From positions 4,507,620 through 4,532,556 of the forward strand of contig NC_057718.1 in the NCBI RefSeq assembly GCF_004010195.1: a DNA stretch of 24,937 nucleotides. Reading direction: 5' to 3'. Below, piece after piece: positions 11,595 to 21,651 of this stretch. The number at the start of each line of letters is the position of its first letter. Position 1 is the stretch's first letter. The notes under the pieces were generated by a model, which saw nothing but the letters and a program-made list of their open reading frames with translations, did no database searches and was not told the DNA's origin. Source of the DNA: Chiloscyllium plagiosum. Its lineage: Eukaryota. A program made the position numbers and the translations under genes.

Positions 11595-11730
11595 GACAGG
11601 GACAGCACGGGGTTTGATACAGAGTAAAGCTCCTTCTACACTGTCCCCACCAAAAACTCCCAGGGCAGGGACAGTGTGGGGTTAGATACAGAGTAAGGGT
11701 CCTTCTACACTGTCCCCAACAAACACTGTC
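11595..11730. repeat. Continuation of the ~60-bp satellite (~2 copies)
   Basis: Same unit as 9051-9805. Confidence 0.9.
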
Positions 11731-11913
11731 ATTATTCTGACCATGAATGAATAATATGAGTAAAAATCTAACAATCTGGCCCTGGGATTCTTCGTCAGTG
11801 ATCTGTTAATCTGCATTGTTCCCAGTCACATCAATGAGATTGAAATGATATTATGGACATTGCCATTCTGGCGGTCTGTGGGACTGGGGTTTAGTTGAAG
11901 GCCTTGCTCTTAC

Positions 11914-12267
11914 CTCCCACCTGGATAGTGATATCCTTGTGACCAGCTCCTGAGGTAGCATTGACATTGAGTCGGTATGTCCCTGCATCAGACAGACGCA
12001 CATTATCTAACCTCAGGGAGACATTGCCTTCTGCAATCTCTTTCTCAAACATCTGCGCTCGGTTTCGATAGTCTGGATCCAGTTGGTCAAAGAAGGTCTT
12101 GTTGATCTGGTAACGTTGAACCAATCTGCCAGCTCCCAGTTTCTCCCATTGGACGGTGATGAGTTGGGGCTCGTTTTGTGAGTAAAAGTAACAGGGAATG
12201 ATAAGATCATCTCCAGCCTGGAGTATAAATCTGTCACTGTCACATCCGACAAGGAACAACCCTGGAA
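11914..12267 (-). CDS. B7/butyrophilin-like gene, IgV exon
   Basis: Translation has LIIPCYF, VQWEK, QLDPDYRNRAQMF and EGNVSLRLDNVRLSDAGTY, a B7/BTN V-set signature. Acceptor tgtttgcag| (alternative in-frame ttccag| gives start 12261); donor GGA G|gtaaga; phase 1-1. Confidence 0.9.
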
Positions 12268-12469
12268 CTGCAAACAGGCCTTACTGTCAGAGCAGGAGAT
12301 AGGAGCGAGTGAACAGGCAAACAGCAGCTACACGATGTCCTGACTGGGAGAGCAGCAACATTCAACAATACATTAAAGCTAGGCTAAAGCCTAATATAAC
12401 AACTGACCTCACACCATTCCTGTCAAATACCGGCCCCAATCCATCTCTAATACTGCCCCGACTCTGTTT

Positions 12470-12830
12470 CTGTCAAATGCAGACCCCACTTTCTCTCTCT
12501 CTAACATGGACCCCACACACACACTCTCTCTCTATCTCTCTGACACAGTCCCCACCCTCTCTGTCTGACACAGGTGCTACCCTCTCTCTACTAACAGAGA
12601 CCGGCTCTCTCTCTCTCATTCACTGTCCACCCTCTCTCTCTAAAACAGTCCCCTTTCTCTCTAACACAGTCCCATCTCTCTCTCTGTCTCTAACACAGTC
12701 CCAACTTTCTCTCTCTAATATAGGCTTCACTTTCTCTCTAACACAGTCTCCGTTCTCATTCTCTGACACAGACCCTACGCTCTCTATTTAATGTGACTCT
12801 ATTCTCTCTTTAACATGGTTCCCTCTCTCT
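12470..12830. repeat. CT-rich degenerate minisatellite (ctctctctctaacacagtccc-like)
   Basis: Directly visible. Confidence 0.75.
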
Positions 12831-13067
12831 GAAATCAGCTGTAAACTGAATGAATGACAGAGCAGACTTGATGGAACTCTCCTGCAGCTATTTCTTACTG
12901 TCTCACGGTCCTGCAATGGTGGTCCTTACCACCACGGCCAGTGTTCCTGAGCAAAGTGCCCATTCAGGTGGACTGTCCCAGTGACCAGGAAGACCCTCCC
13001 ACACACCCTTCCAGCTCCCCAGCATCACGCCCTCGTGTGGTCATTTATTGACCTCGAAAAATCCCAG

Positions 13068-13672
13068 CCACATGCACACCCACACACTCTGTCACACCTT
13101 TACACACTGTCGCATAATCACACTCACACAATATCACACATCCCATTCCACACTCCCACACTGTCACACCCTTACACACTGTCAAACACTGACAGTCACA
13201 CCCACACACTATCACACAGTCACGCCCTTACAATCATGTACACACTTGCTCACATCTACAGGTGTGCATGTGTTTCTCACACACGTGGTGACATATAAAG
13301 AGTGACCCAACCTCACACAGTGACACAAACCCTCACACAAACACATGTACAGTGGCACACATGTTAACACAAACCCTAACATACACACAGTGATACACCC
13401 ACATACAGACAGTGACACACCTGCATTCACACGCATACTAACACACAGTGACACAGACTCTCACACACACAAACACACAGTGACAGAAACCCTCATACAC
13501 ACATATAGAGTGACACACATGGTAACACAGACCCTCACACACAGTGACACAGACACTCTCACACACAGCGACAAACCCTCACACACACACTGTGACTCAC
13601 ACAGTGACACAAACTCTCATACAGTTACACACCCACACACATGGTGATGCACCCTCACACACACCCTCACAC
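13068..13672. repeat. Degenerate (CA)n tract
   Basis: Directly visible. Confidence 0.9.
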
Positions 13673-13686
13673 TGACATTTTCTCAC

Positions 13687-13756
13687 CAGTATTCGAGCCA
13701 ACAGTATGATGTGACAGGGTGATCAGACTGATAAATAGGAAGATGAGATGATTCAT
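13687..13756 (-). CDS. B7/butyrophilin-like gene, leader (signal peptide) exon MNHLIFLFISLITLSHHTVGSNT
   Basis: ATG at 13756 is followed by a hydrophobic core and a phase-1 donor CTG|gtgaga. The upstream acceptor is a tandem NAGNAG (tttcctatgcag|cag|, exon start 13785 or 13782). This reading frame is absent from the ORF track. Confidence 0.82.
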
Positions 13757-14269
13757 TTCCCTGTCCAGGTGGTGCCAGGAGCCTGCTGCATAGGAAACAC
13801 GTCAGTTTGTGTAAACCTGAGCACTCTGACCCACAGCCTGTGGAAAGCCCATGAACCCAATGCGGGACTGTTACTTGGAAATCCATGTTAGCATCCAAGG
13901 GGATTGTGTGTTTACACAGTGTAAGCACTGGCTGCACCAGCATAACAATGTGCTGATGTCATGGGGCAATTGTTTGTACTGTGTGATGTCAGAAAATATG
14001 GCTCAATACAACTGGCACCCTCAGTGCAGCTGAGTGGGCACAGGGGTGGGGGAAGACAAGGTGGGCACAGTATGTACAGCAGAAGAAGCAGAGTGTGCCT
14101 GACCAATCAACATCCCATAGTCACAACATCCAAGCTGCCAATTGCTGGAATATATAGAACCAGTTAAACAGTGTCTGACTCTCACCCAACCATCTTCACC
14201 TGCTTCATCAATGACCTTCCCTCCATCGTAAGGTCAGAACAGGGGATTCTTTGGGGATTTTTAAAAAAT

Positions 14270-14455
14270 TCATTCACAAGATGTTGGCATCGCTGGCCAG
14301 GCCAGCATTTATGCCCATCCTTAATTGTTAACAGTCAACCACATTGCTGTGGGTCTGGAGTCACATATAGGCCGAACCAGGTAAGGGTGGCATTTTTCCT
14401 TCTTTAAAAATGGGCATGAGTGAACCAGATGGGTTTTTCCCCAACAATTAGCAAC
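14270..14455 (-). mobile_element. SacSINE1-like SINE 3' portion
   Basis: Reverse complement of the 7490-7635 region. Confidence 0.7.
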
Positions 14456-14504
14456 AGTCTTATGGCCCATCAAGTTCACACTAACCTTCTGAATATGATC
14501 CCAC

Positions 14505-14745
14505 CATTTCCCATAGTTAACCAATCTAACTTAGACATCCCTAGACACTATGGGCAAATTAGCATGGCCAGTCCACCTAACCTAGACATCTTTGGACTGT
14601 GGGAGGAAACCAGAGCACCCGGAGGAAACCCATGCAGACACTGGGAGAATATGCAAACTCCACCCAGACAGTTGCCTGAGGGTGGAATTGAATCCATGTC
14701 CCTGGTGACGTGAGGCAACAGTGCTAACCACTGAGCCATCATCCT
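14505..14745 (-). mobile_element. HE1-type V-SINE
   Basis: Minus strand tggctcagtggttagcact (A box), gattcaattcc (B-box-like) and V-domain ggagtttgcatattctccc...gggtttcctccgggtgctctggtttcctcccacagtccaaaga. Confidence 0.85.
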
Positions 14746-14759
14746 GTCCATATTCCTCA

Positions 14760-15330
14760 GAGCTGGACTGGGTTGAAGAAGAAAACTCAGTTGCTTAGAA
14801 GAAAACTCCAAAAGCAGAGGGCTGTGGGGCATCAGAGAGGAAAAGGCTGACAGTGTAAGCTGAAGGAACCCATGCCCTGAATAATAGTGAGCTGAGTTAG
14901 TAGCTTTTTTTAAACATTGTGGGGAGAAATGTTAATCTGCAAAAAATAGCAACAGATGAGGAACAGAAATTTCCAAAAAGGGAACAGATCACAGCTGTGC
15001 CAATTGAACAAAGACCTCTAGGATGAAGATTGGGGTCATCCTTCCCTGGGGTTTGAGTTTCTGCAACGCTATTGCTCATGTAGAAGTATTGGATCTTCCT
15101 TCCTTGCAACCAGATTGTTCCATTCGTTCTCATCCAGCGTAAGATTATTCCTGGTATACTTTTATGTAAGAGACTTTTGTGCTCTTGTGTTAAATGTACA
15201 CTAGCAGCCTCTTGTGAATAGGTTGCGAATGACCTCTACAGTAAAGGACAAAGGAAACTTATGGTCTATCAAGTTGGTTTCACTGTGGGATCTTACTTAT
15301 CCAGTATTCCAATCAGCTGGGATCAGAAGG
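14760..15330 (+). mobile_element. Degenerate LTR-like fragment
   Basis: The 3' end gatcttacttatccagtattccaatcagctgggatcagaa resembles 22223-22263; 5' boundary uncertain. Confidence 0.4.
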
Positions 15331-15371
15331 TGTATAACGGAGGTCAGTGCGGGAAGCAACCCTCTACTCAC

Positions 15372-15450
15372 CTGAGGCCATAGTAAGACTAATCAGACCG
15401 AGCCTCTCTCACCCACCTTCATCCACCCACAGGCCAGAACCGGGGTCACT
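15372..15450 (-). other. Candidate first exon of the B7/BTN-like gene (5' end approximate)
   Basis: Perfect donor CAG|gtgagt. The terminal ATG GCC TCA G is in frame with the leader exon (MAS-AGSWHHLDRE-MNHL...). Confidence 0.45.
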
Positions 15451-15454
15451 AAGG

Positions 15455-15715
15455 ATATAGGTTAGGCCATTTAGGAGAAATGGCTTTATCCAGAGAGTGG
15501 TGAAAGGAATTCACAACCACAAAAAGCTGCAGAGGGCAAAACATTGAATTATATACAGTTATATATATAGTTCTTAGCGTTAATGGTATCAAAAGGTATG
15601 AGGGAGAAAGTGGGAACAGGAAACTGAGTTGGATGATCCGTGGTGATCATATTGAATGATGTAGCAGGTTTGGAGGGCTGAATGGCTTACTCTTCTTCCT
15701 AGTTTCTATGTTCCT
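15455..15715 (+). mobile_element. CR1 LINE 3' end
   Basis: ggagggctgaatggcttactc...tttctatgtt tail. Confidence 0.7.
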
Positions 15716-15787
15716 TTGGACGATTTACTTGGAAAACCATCTCCAGTAATTTCATTCCACTGGAGAGTCATTAGCTGTAGGTCAATA

Positions 15788-15810
15788 AGTTTCTCTTTCA
15801 CTCTGACTCA
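15788..15810. promoter_or_regulatory. ISRE (AGTTTCTCTTTCAC) overlapping an AP-1/IRF composite element (TTTC-N4-TGACTCA)
   Basis: Exact match to AGTTTCNNTTTCNY at 15788-15801; TTTC 15796-15799 + ACTC + TGACTCA 15804-15810. Function untested. Confidence 0.6.
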
Positions 15811-16329
15811 TTGACAGAGTGATCTGGTAAAGGTGATTGAAGAGAACAGAGAGCAGCTGTTGGTTTGTTGTGTTTGAACTTTAATATTGGTTCAACCTTA
15901 CACCACATTACCACATTACACTCTTAACAGAAGAAGCAGGAGGGTTATTGCAAAAGCTGAAAAAGCAGGAGCTCTGGTACAACTTGACATTGTGAATGAG
16001 GATGTGAATATATATGGGTCTGTATGGAGGATTATAGAGAATGACCATGCAGCAGTAAACCAGGCAGTCCAGCAAATACATATATTCTGCATGCACAGAC
16101 TGTGAGGAAACTATTGCTCATGTCTTTTATGCATAAAACATATCTTAAAAATTGATACCAGAAAAGAATGCACTGTTGAAGAATATAAAATCCATTAAAA
16201 TATTTCTGCTAAATTAACTATCCACAGTAGCTTCCCCTCTGTTTGAATTCCACAGATACTGGGGTGGAGTTTGAGAACCTCAAGCTGTATTGGCTTTCTA
16301 TTTTAAATGGACCACAGCCAATTAAAGTA

Positions 16330-16544
16330 CAGTCAATTCTGATATGACGTGGTAGTTCTATTCATATGATCCTGTTATAAGAAAATTGTGTAATAGCAGC
16401 ACCATTTAAACTAATGGGGCCAGAATTGCATTATAACCAATACACGCTTTAAAAGTTTGCACTTTGGAAACAGCAATCCCAATTCATCAATCATGTTAGA
16501 GCGAATCCATGTTAACGAAACATGCATTATAGCACAACAACCTG
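16330..16544. mobile_element. Tc1/mariner-pogo (Tigger-like) MITE
   Basis: TA|CAGTCAATTCTGATATGAC...ATTATAGCACAACAACCTG|TA, with imperfect TIRs and a TA TSD. Confidence 0.65.
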
Positions 16545-16696
16545 TAGTTAGCACATCGAGACAGAATTAATGCAGGACTGTTACATCAGTCTGTAATATC
16601 AAGACATCAATGACAGTACATGACAGAGGCTAAGAGCAAGGAATAACAAAGACCCAGAACAGTGAGTACCAATTTAACACAATGATTCGTTTCATG

Positions 16697-17550
16697 TTCA
16701 CTCATGAGACATGGGTGTCACTAGCTGGATCCAGCATTTATTGCCTGTCCCTAGCTGCCACTTGAGAAGATGGTGGTGAGTTGCCTTCTTGAAATGCTGC
16801 AGTCCAGCCACTATAGGTAGACCCCCAATGTCATTAGGGAGGGAATTCCAAGATTTTGATCCAGCGAAAGAGAAAGAAGGGTGATATATTTCCAATTAAC
16901 GACGGTGAGTGGGTTGGAGGGGAACTTGCGGGGGGATGGTGTTCCTATGTATCTGCTGCCCTTAACCTTCTAGATGGAAGTGATTATGGGTTTGGAAGGT
17001 GCTGTCTAAAAGATCAAGACAAATTTCTTTGGTGTATCTTGTAGATAGTACACACTCCTGCTACTGAGCACCCGTGATGGAGGGGGGATGGTTGTGGATT
17101 TGGTGCCAATCAAGTGGGCTGCTTTGTCCTGGATGGTGTCAAGTTTCTTCAGTGTTATTGGAGCTGCCCCATCCAGGGCAAGTGGGAAGTATTCCATCAC
17201 ACTCCTGACTTGTGCCTTATAGATGGTGGACAGACTTCGGGGAGTCAGGAGGGGAGTTACTTGCCACAGTATTCCCAGTCTCTGACCTGCTCTTGTAGCC
17301 ACTGTGTTTATTTGACAAAACAGTTCCTTTTCTGGTCAATGCCAACTTCCAAGACATTGATAGTGGGCGATTCAGTAATGATAATGTCATTGAATGTCAA
17401 GAGATACTGGTTAGATTGTTTCATTGCTTGGCTTGTGTGAAGCAAATGCCACTTGCCATCTGTTAACCAAAATATGGATAACATTAAACAAGTCTTCAGT
17501 ACTACTGGTGAAATGTTGTCAGGGTCCATAATCTTTGCAGTATTCTGTGT
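16697..17550 (-). mobile_element. CR1/L2-group LINE 3' portion
   Basis: RAGQRLGIL...IYKAQVRSVMEY; shares the aataaatgctgg tail with the SINEs. Confidence 0.8.
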
Positions 17551-17702
17551 CTCCATTTCTGAGGAGCAAGCACTTGGGATGATGAGGAACGTAAACTTAG
17601 GATGATGAGGAGCGGGGACTGAGCATGAAGATTAGCTGCAATATATTTGCAACAAGCTGTAGTCTTGTGTATTCCTGTTTTCCCTCATCAGGTGCTGATG
17701 AT

Positions 17703-18899
17703 TTAAGCAAGGTCATGGGCATTCATTAGGACTGTTTTTGCAGCGTTCACCATGTCTTGCAGTGCCTGAGTCAGGACAGTGTAGGTTACATAAGCAGATG
17801 AGGTTACCCCAAAGATTGTGCCAAAGACTGGGACAAAGTCCAGGACTGGTTCGGCTGCTGTTAGAAGCAACATGGTGGTATTCCGCATGAGCAACATCTT
17901 CACCAGGTTTGGATTAATCTCTTCAAAAATCCATGTGTCATTGGTGTTAGCTCGCAGCTCACTCACAGATTTTCCCAAGGACTTAGCCAGCTTTTTAATC
18001 GCGGAGGTATTCAGACCCAGAACGTTATGCATGAACAGCAGTGCTGAGGTAATCAGGGCTAGGTCACAGGCTAGGGATAGCCCTGGAATTGGAATGGCAC
18101 CACAGCCTGCAGAGGCTGCAACAACCCCATGGATGAATATCTTCAGGCCTTTTTGTTTCTTTTTGATAACATCTATGGATCTGTTTGGTAGAGAGAACAA
18201 AAACACATTCCTCTTTGTTTCTGGTAGGATAGCATCCACTGCACTGCGCAATTCAGGGAATTCATACTTATCCAGATGTTCACATGATATGAGAAAGACA
18301 CGTTCGTCTTTCATACCCATTTGGGCCAATGAGCTGGAACAATAATCCCTGATTTTCTGAAATACTTGCTCTTCGCTGTAACCAGGTTTCTTTCTCTCAG
18401 ACCAGAGAGACTGGTCGATCTTCGAGCGCACAAAGAAGAGTGGTTTACCTGCCTTCTTCATCACTTTGACCAGGATTTCATCTTCTTCTCTGAAGCGGTG
18501 ATCACTAACAAGCAAACCAAAGTCAAAATCTGCAAACCTGATACCTTTGAGGAACATGTTAACTTTAACCTTGAGTGAGCCGACTCCAGGGGTGTCCCAG
18601 TATATCACATTGGGTACAGTGGGATGTGTGTAGCATTTGGGCTCCATTGTGCTTTCTACAATATCAATGGGAGCTGCATCTTCATCATTGTTATCCACGC
18701 CTCTCAGTGCATTGACTAAAGTGGATTTCCCTACACCCGATGCACCCATCACTGCAATATTAATCTTCACATTTTTAAATGTGTTGGATATTTTCTCTAT
18801 CTTTGATTGAAGAGCTGACAATCCACCATGATGATATATGTTTATCAGATGTTCAACATCTGTTGAATTATACCTTGCAAAGGATCCAATATCAGCCAT
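17703..18899 (-). CDS. IRGC-like: Immunity-related (p47) GTPase, interferon-inducible GTPase 5/IRGC-like, GKS type; 398 aa from ATG 18899
   Basis: Uninterrupted ORF with G1 GASGVGKS, G3 WDTPG, G4 VRSKID, G5-like VFLIS and the IRG C-terminal motif CGAIPIPGLSLACD. A splice acceptor (ttttactttcag|GTATCGATG) opens the exon at 18905, so the first 10 aa of the 410-aa track ORF are intronic. Exact orthology to IRGC is not established. Confidence 0.93.
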   Translation of the reverse strand: MADIGSFARYNSTDVEHLINIYHHGGLSALQSKIEKISNTFKNVKINIAVMGASGVGKSTLVNALRGVDNNDEDAAPIDIVESTMEPKCYTHPTVPNVIYWDTPGVGSLKVKVNMFLKGIRFADFDFGLLVSDHRFREEDEILVKVMKKAGKPLFFVRSKIDQSLWSERKKPGYSEEQVFQKIRDYCSSSLAQMGMKDERVFLISCEHLDKYEFPELRSAVDAILPETKRNVFLFSLPNRSIDVIKKKQKGLKIFIHGVVAASAGCGAIPIPGLSLACDLALITSALLFMHNVLGLNTSAIKKLAKSLGKSVSELRANTNDTWIFEEINPNLVKMLLMRNTTMLLLTAAEPVLDFVPVFGTIFGVTSSAYVTYTVLTQALQDMVNAAKTVLMNAHDLA

Positions 18900-19116
18900 C
18901 GATACCTGAAAGTAAAAGCAATGTTGTGTCCACATTATAAATTATTGATACCATCTAATACTGAGAAGAAAAGCAGGCCATTTAGCCCATCATATATCTG
19001 TCATTTTACAGCATCGACTAAAGGATAGAGAAGCTGCTAAAAATAAAACAAAATGTTTGATAATGAAGTCTAAGACAAGTCTAAGGTGGGTCAAAAGCAT
19101 TGGGTTCAGTTGAACT

Positions 19117-19751
19117 TGTGACCGTGCTGCCCCTTTAACAAGCTTATTTATGGTGTCCTTGGCTTTTTTTTTCAGGAGGTCTTAAAGGAAACAGATGCAG
19201 GCTTGGATGGGTTTTCGGGCCAGTTTGATGACAGCTAACAGATACTGCCTCAGGCAAAAGACTTTCACGTTAAAAAAAAACACTAGTACAATGAAAGGAG
19301 AGTGGCCAGTTCTCCTAGCTCTGCTTCTCTCTAGTTTGGTTTGGTTTTAGCAGAGTAGAGTTGAAAAAAGCTGCTGGACCCCAAAGAAGTAGGTCCACTC
19401 TGACCATCTCTCTCCCTGACTTCTCTCCTGTAAAGACCCTGTGTTTGATTTTACCTTTTGAGCCAAGAGGTGTTTATGGGGATTTTTGCAAGTATTGGGA
19501 ACAGCATCATTAAGTTGGGATAATCTGTTTGGTTTTCAGATCGGTTAAGTTATTCTGTATTCTGTTCACTTTTGTTTGTGTTTCATTCAGTAATCTTGTA
19601 ATTAAGTTCTGTTTTGTTTAAAATTATGTGGTTTGACCAACTGCAACCCTCCTGGAATATCCGCATTACACCTGCTTAAAACAATGATCAAAGTTAGGGT
19701 CTGGGCTGCTTACTTGAAATGTTCTGAGGGGGTATCACCTGGTCCATGACA
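19117..19751 (+). mobile_element. Probable solo LTR (~635 bp) in the intron upstream of the IRG coding exon
   Basis: Termini TGTGAC...CATGACA; flanks AACT/GACT give a 3/4 TSD match. Confidence 0.55.
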
Positions 19752-20039
19752 GACTGCACACAATCACTCAAATAAATCCGAACCAGAACTAGTTATGGGA
19801 TCTATACTGTCTGTTTGGAATCATTATGATTGAGCTGTAAAATGATAGACATTTAATGGGCTGAAAGGCCTTCATTGGCCCGAATCATTTTATTTCATGT
19901 ACCATTTACCAGTGCAGTGGAAGGGATGACCCAGTGTGCCCCTGAACAAGCAGCTCATTCCAAGTTTCAATCCCACCCTCCTCCCCAACAATCTCATTGC
20001 CTCCTTCTCCCACATTCAGATCCCTGAAGTCAATTTTAC

Positions 20040-20075
20040 CTTGTTGCTCCATTGTCTCTGCTCTGCTTCTAAATC
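20040..20075 (-). other. Candidate 36-nt upstream exon of the IRG gene
   Basis: Acceptor cacctttttccag| and donor AAG|gtaaaa; open in the IRG frame (DLEAEQRQWSNK). Confidence 0.5.
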
Positions 20076-20639
20076 CTGGAAAAAGGTGCTAGAACAATTC
20101 AGAAAAATCTTGTTTAAGAGGTCTCTTCCACAAATGCACCATGACATTTTCTTACCAGGGTCAATGCTCCTGAATGCATCTTTAGCATTTCTTTCAAGAC
20201 ATTTCTACTCCACAGCAAAGGCTAAGCTCAATCCACTGGAGTTTCTCTGAAGTCCTTTTGAAAAGATTGATGTTACCTCAGCCAAGTTCCGAAAATTCAG
20301 ACTCTACTCTCAATTCTAACAACTTCCAAAATCCAGGAAGAAGCACAAAACCAGTTCTGCTGAAGACCTATTCAAGTGTTTTGCTTGCAGTCTCCCTGAA
20401 CTTGATCTTTTTTCCACCTTTAACTTAGCTAATCTTTTAATTTATTTATTTATAACAACTTCTCTGCCCTCAATAGAAACTCAAACTCCCACAGCTGGAA
20501 GCTTCTATCAAAGTGGAGAAATGACCTGTGCTCCTATCTCTTGATGATGATAAAGTGACAATTGCGGGGAAGGAGGAGAAAGTGTGGGAAGGCTGTGTCA
20601 TAGCAGATTCAATCATGAAGGGAACAGACAGGTGTTTCT

Positions 20640-20860
20640 GCAAGATTCCACAGGGATCTGCGCTGGGACTGCAACCGTTTACATTGTATATCAATGACAG
20701 GGAGGAATGAAGTGAATGGACTGCAGCCAAATTTGGCAACAAAACAACTGGAAAGGCAGGTTGTGGGAGGGATACTCACCTTTTACAGAGAGATATTGAT
20801 ACATACTATAAGTGGACAAAATGTTGGCAAACAGTATAATGTAGGAAAAAATAAAGTTGT
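20640..20860 (+). mobile_element. Decayed CR1 RT fragment
   Basis: IPQGSALGLQPFTLYIND. Confidence 0.7.
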
Positions 20861-20904
20861 TCTGCAGAGTGAGCAGGAAATTGTTCAACTTTGGACACCT
20901 CCAG

Positions 20905-21075
20905 GCCAGATCCAGGAAGAGCCGAGCCTCTGTCATTGAGCTGCAGTACACTAACACTGCCCACGTGTGAGCAAACTCGCAAGGCCAGCCTACAAACTAT
21001 TGTCAACACATTCACCAACAACTGGGAGAGAATGGGCCTCACATTACACATCCAAAAAACAAAGGTTCTCTATCG
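20905..21075 (+). mobile_element. RTE-like LINE RT fragment
   Basis: LQTIVNTFT...MGLTLHIQKTKVL. Confidence 0.55.
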
Positions 21076-21094
21076 GTCCCCTCCACGCTGAACA

Positions 21095-21420
21095 ACATGG
21101 ATCTTTTCCCAAACAGTGGGTGGTCCATTTGTTTCCCAAATCCTTCAGTTCGCTGATCCTTTCCTCAGCTTCCTTCATATTTTCACAGGGCACACGGAGT
21201 GACTGTTCCACATGGTAACATAATAGCAAGAGCTCACAATGACTTCCAACGTTCAGCTTCTGGTTTTACCAGAGAGGGAGAGAGAAACCTCCTTGTCAGA
21301 GGGCTTCCCACAGAAACATTCACCGCAGCCTCCCAACTCATCAACTACCCAGGAAGGAAGCACAGAGTTGGCATTAGGTAGATGACCTCTGGCATCCAAA
21401 ATTGGTCATGGCTGGACAAA
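21095..21420 (-). mobile_element. Possible L1/Tx1-type ORF1 remnant
   Basis: MKEAEERISELKD coiled-coil motif; extent uncertain. Confidence 0.4.
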
Positions 21421-21651
21421 CTAATCAGCGGCTTGTTGCTGGTCAGATCTCACATTATACATCTGGAACTCTAACATCTAACACCTAACACAATCTTCTA
21501 GCACTGCTGTCAAAGAAACACTGGAAACACAGCTTGTAATGAGTTTCACTAAGTAGCTTTCTCAAGGGATAGCAACACCTTCCTCGGTCCTTAACTGGAC
21601 AAGAATCCTTGTCCCAATTCAACTCATAATCAATACTAAACTAAAATAAGA

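Noticed and set aside
12930..12963. Leaderless alternative first exon MGTLLRNTGRG with donor GTG|gtaagg in phase 1
   Set aside because: No signal peptide and no supporting promoter; compatible with chance.
12309..13647. His/Thr/Ser-rich ORFs (also 5617-6000)
   Set aside because: Translations of CA/CT microsatellites.
17818..18578. Plus-strand ORFs of 175 and 70 aa
   Set aside because: Antisense shadows of the IRG CDS with no recognisable motifs.
18906..18935. IRG start MWTQHCFYFQ from the ORF track
   Set aside because: It overlaps the polypyrimidine tract and acceptor, so it is most likely intronic.
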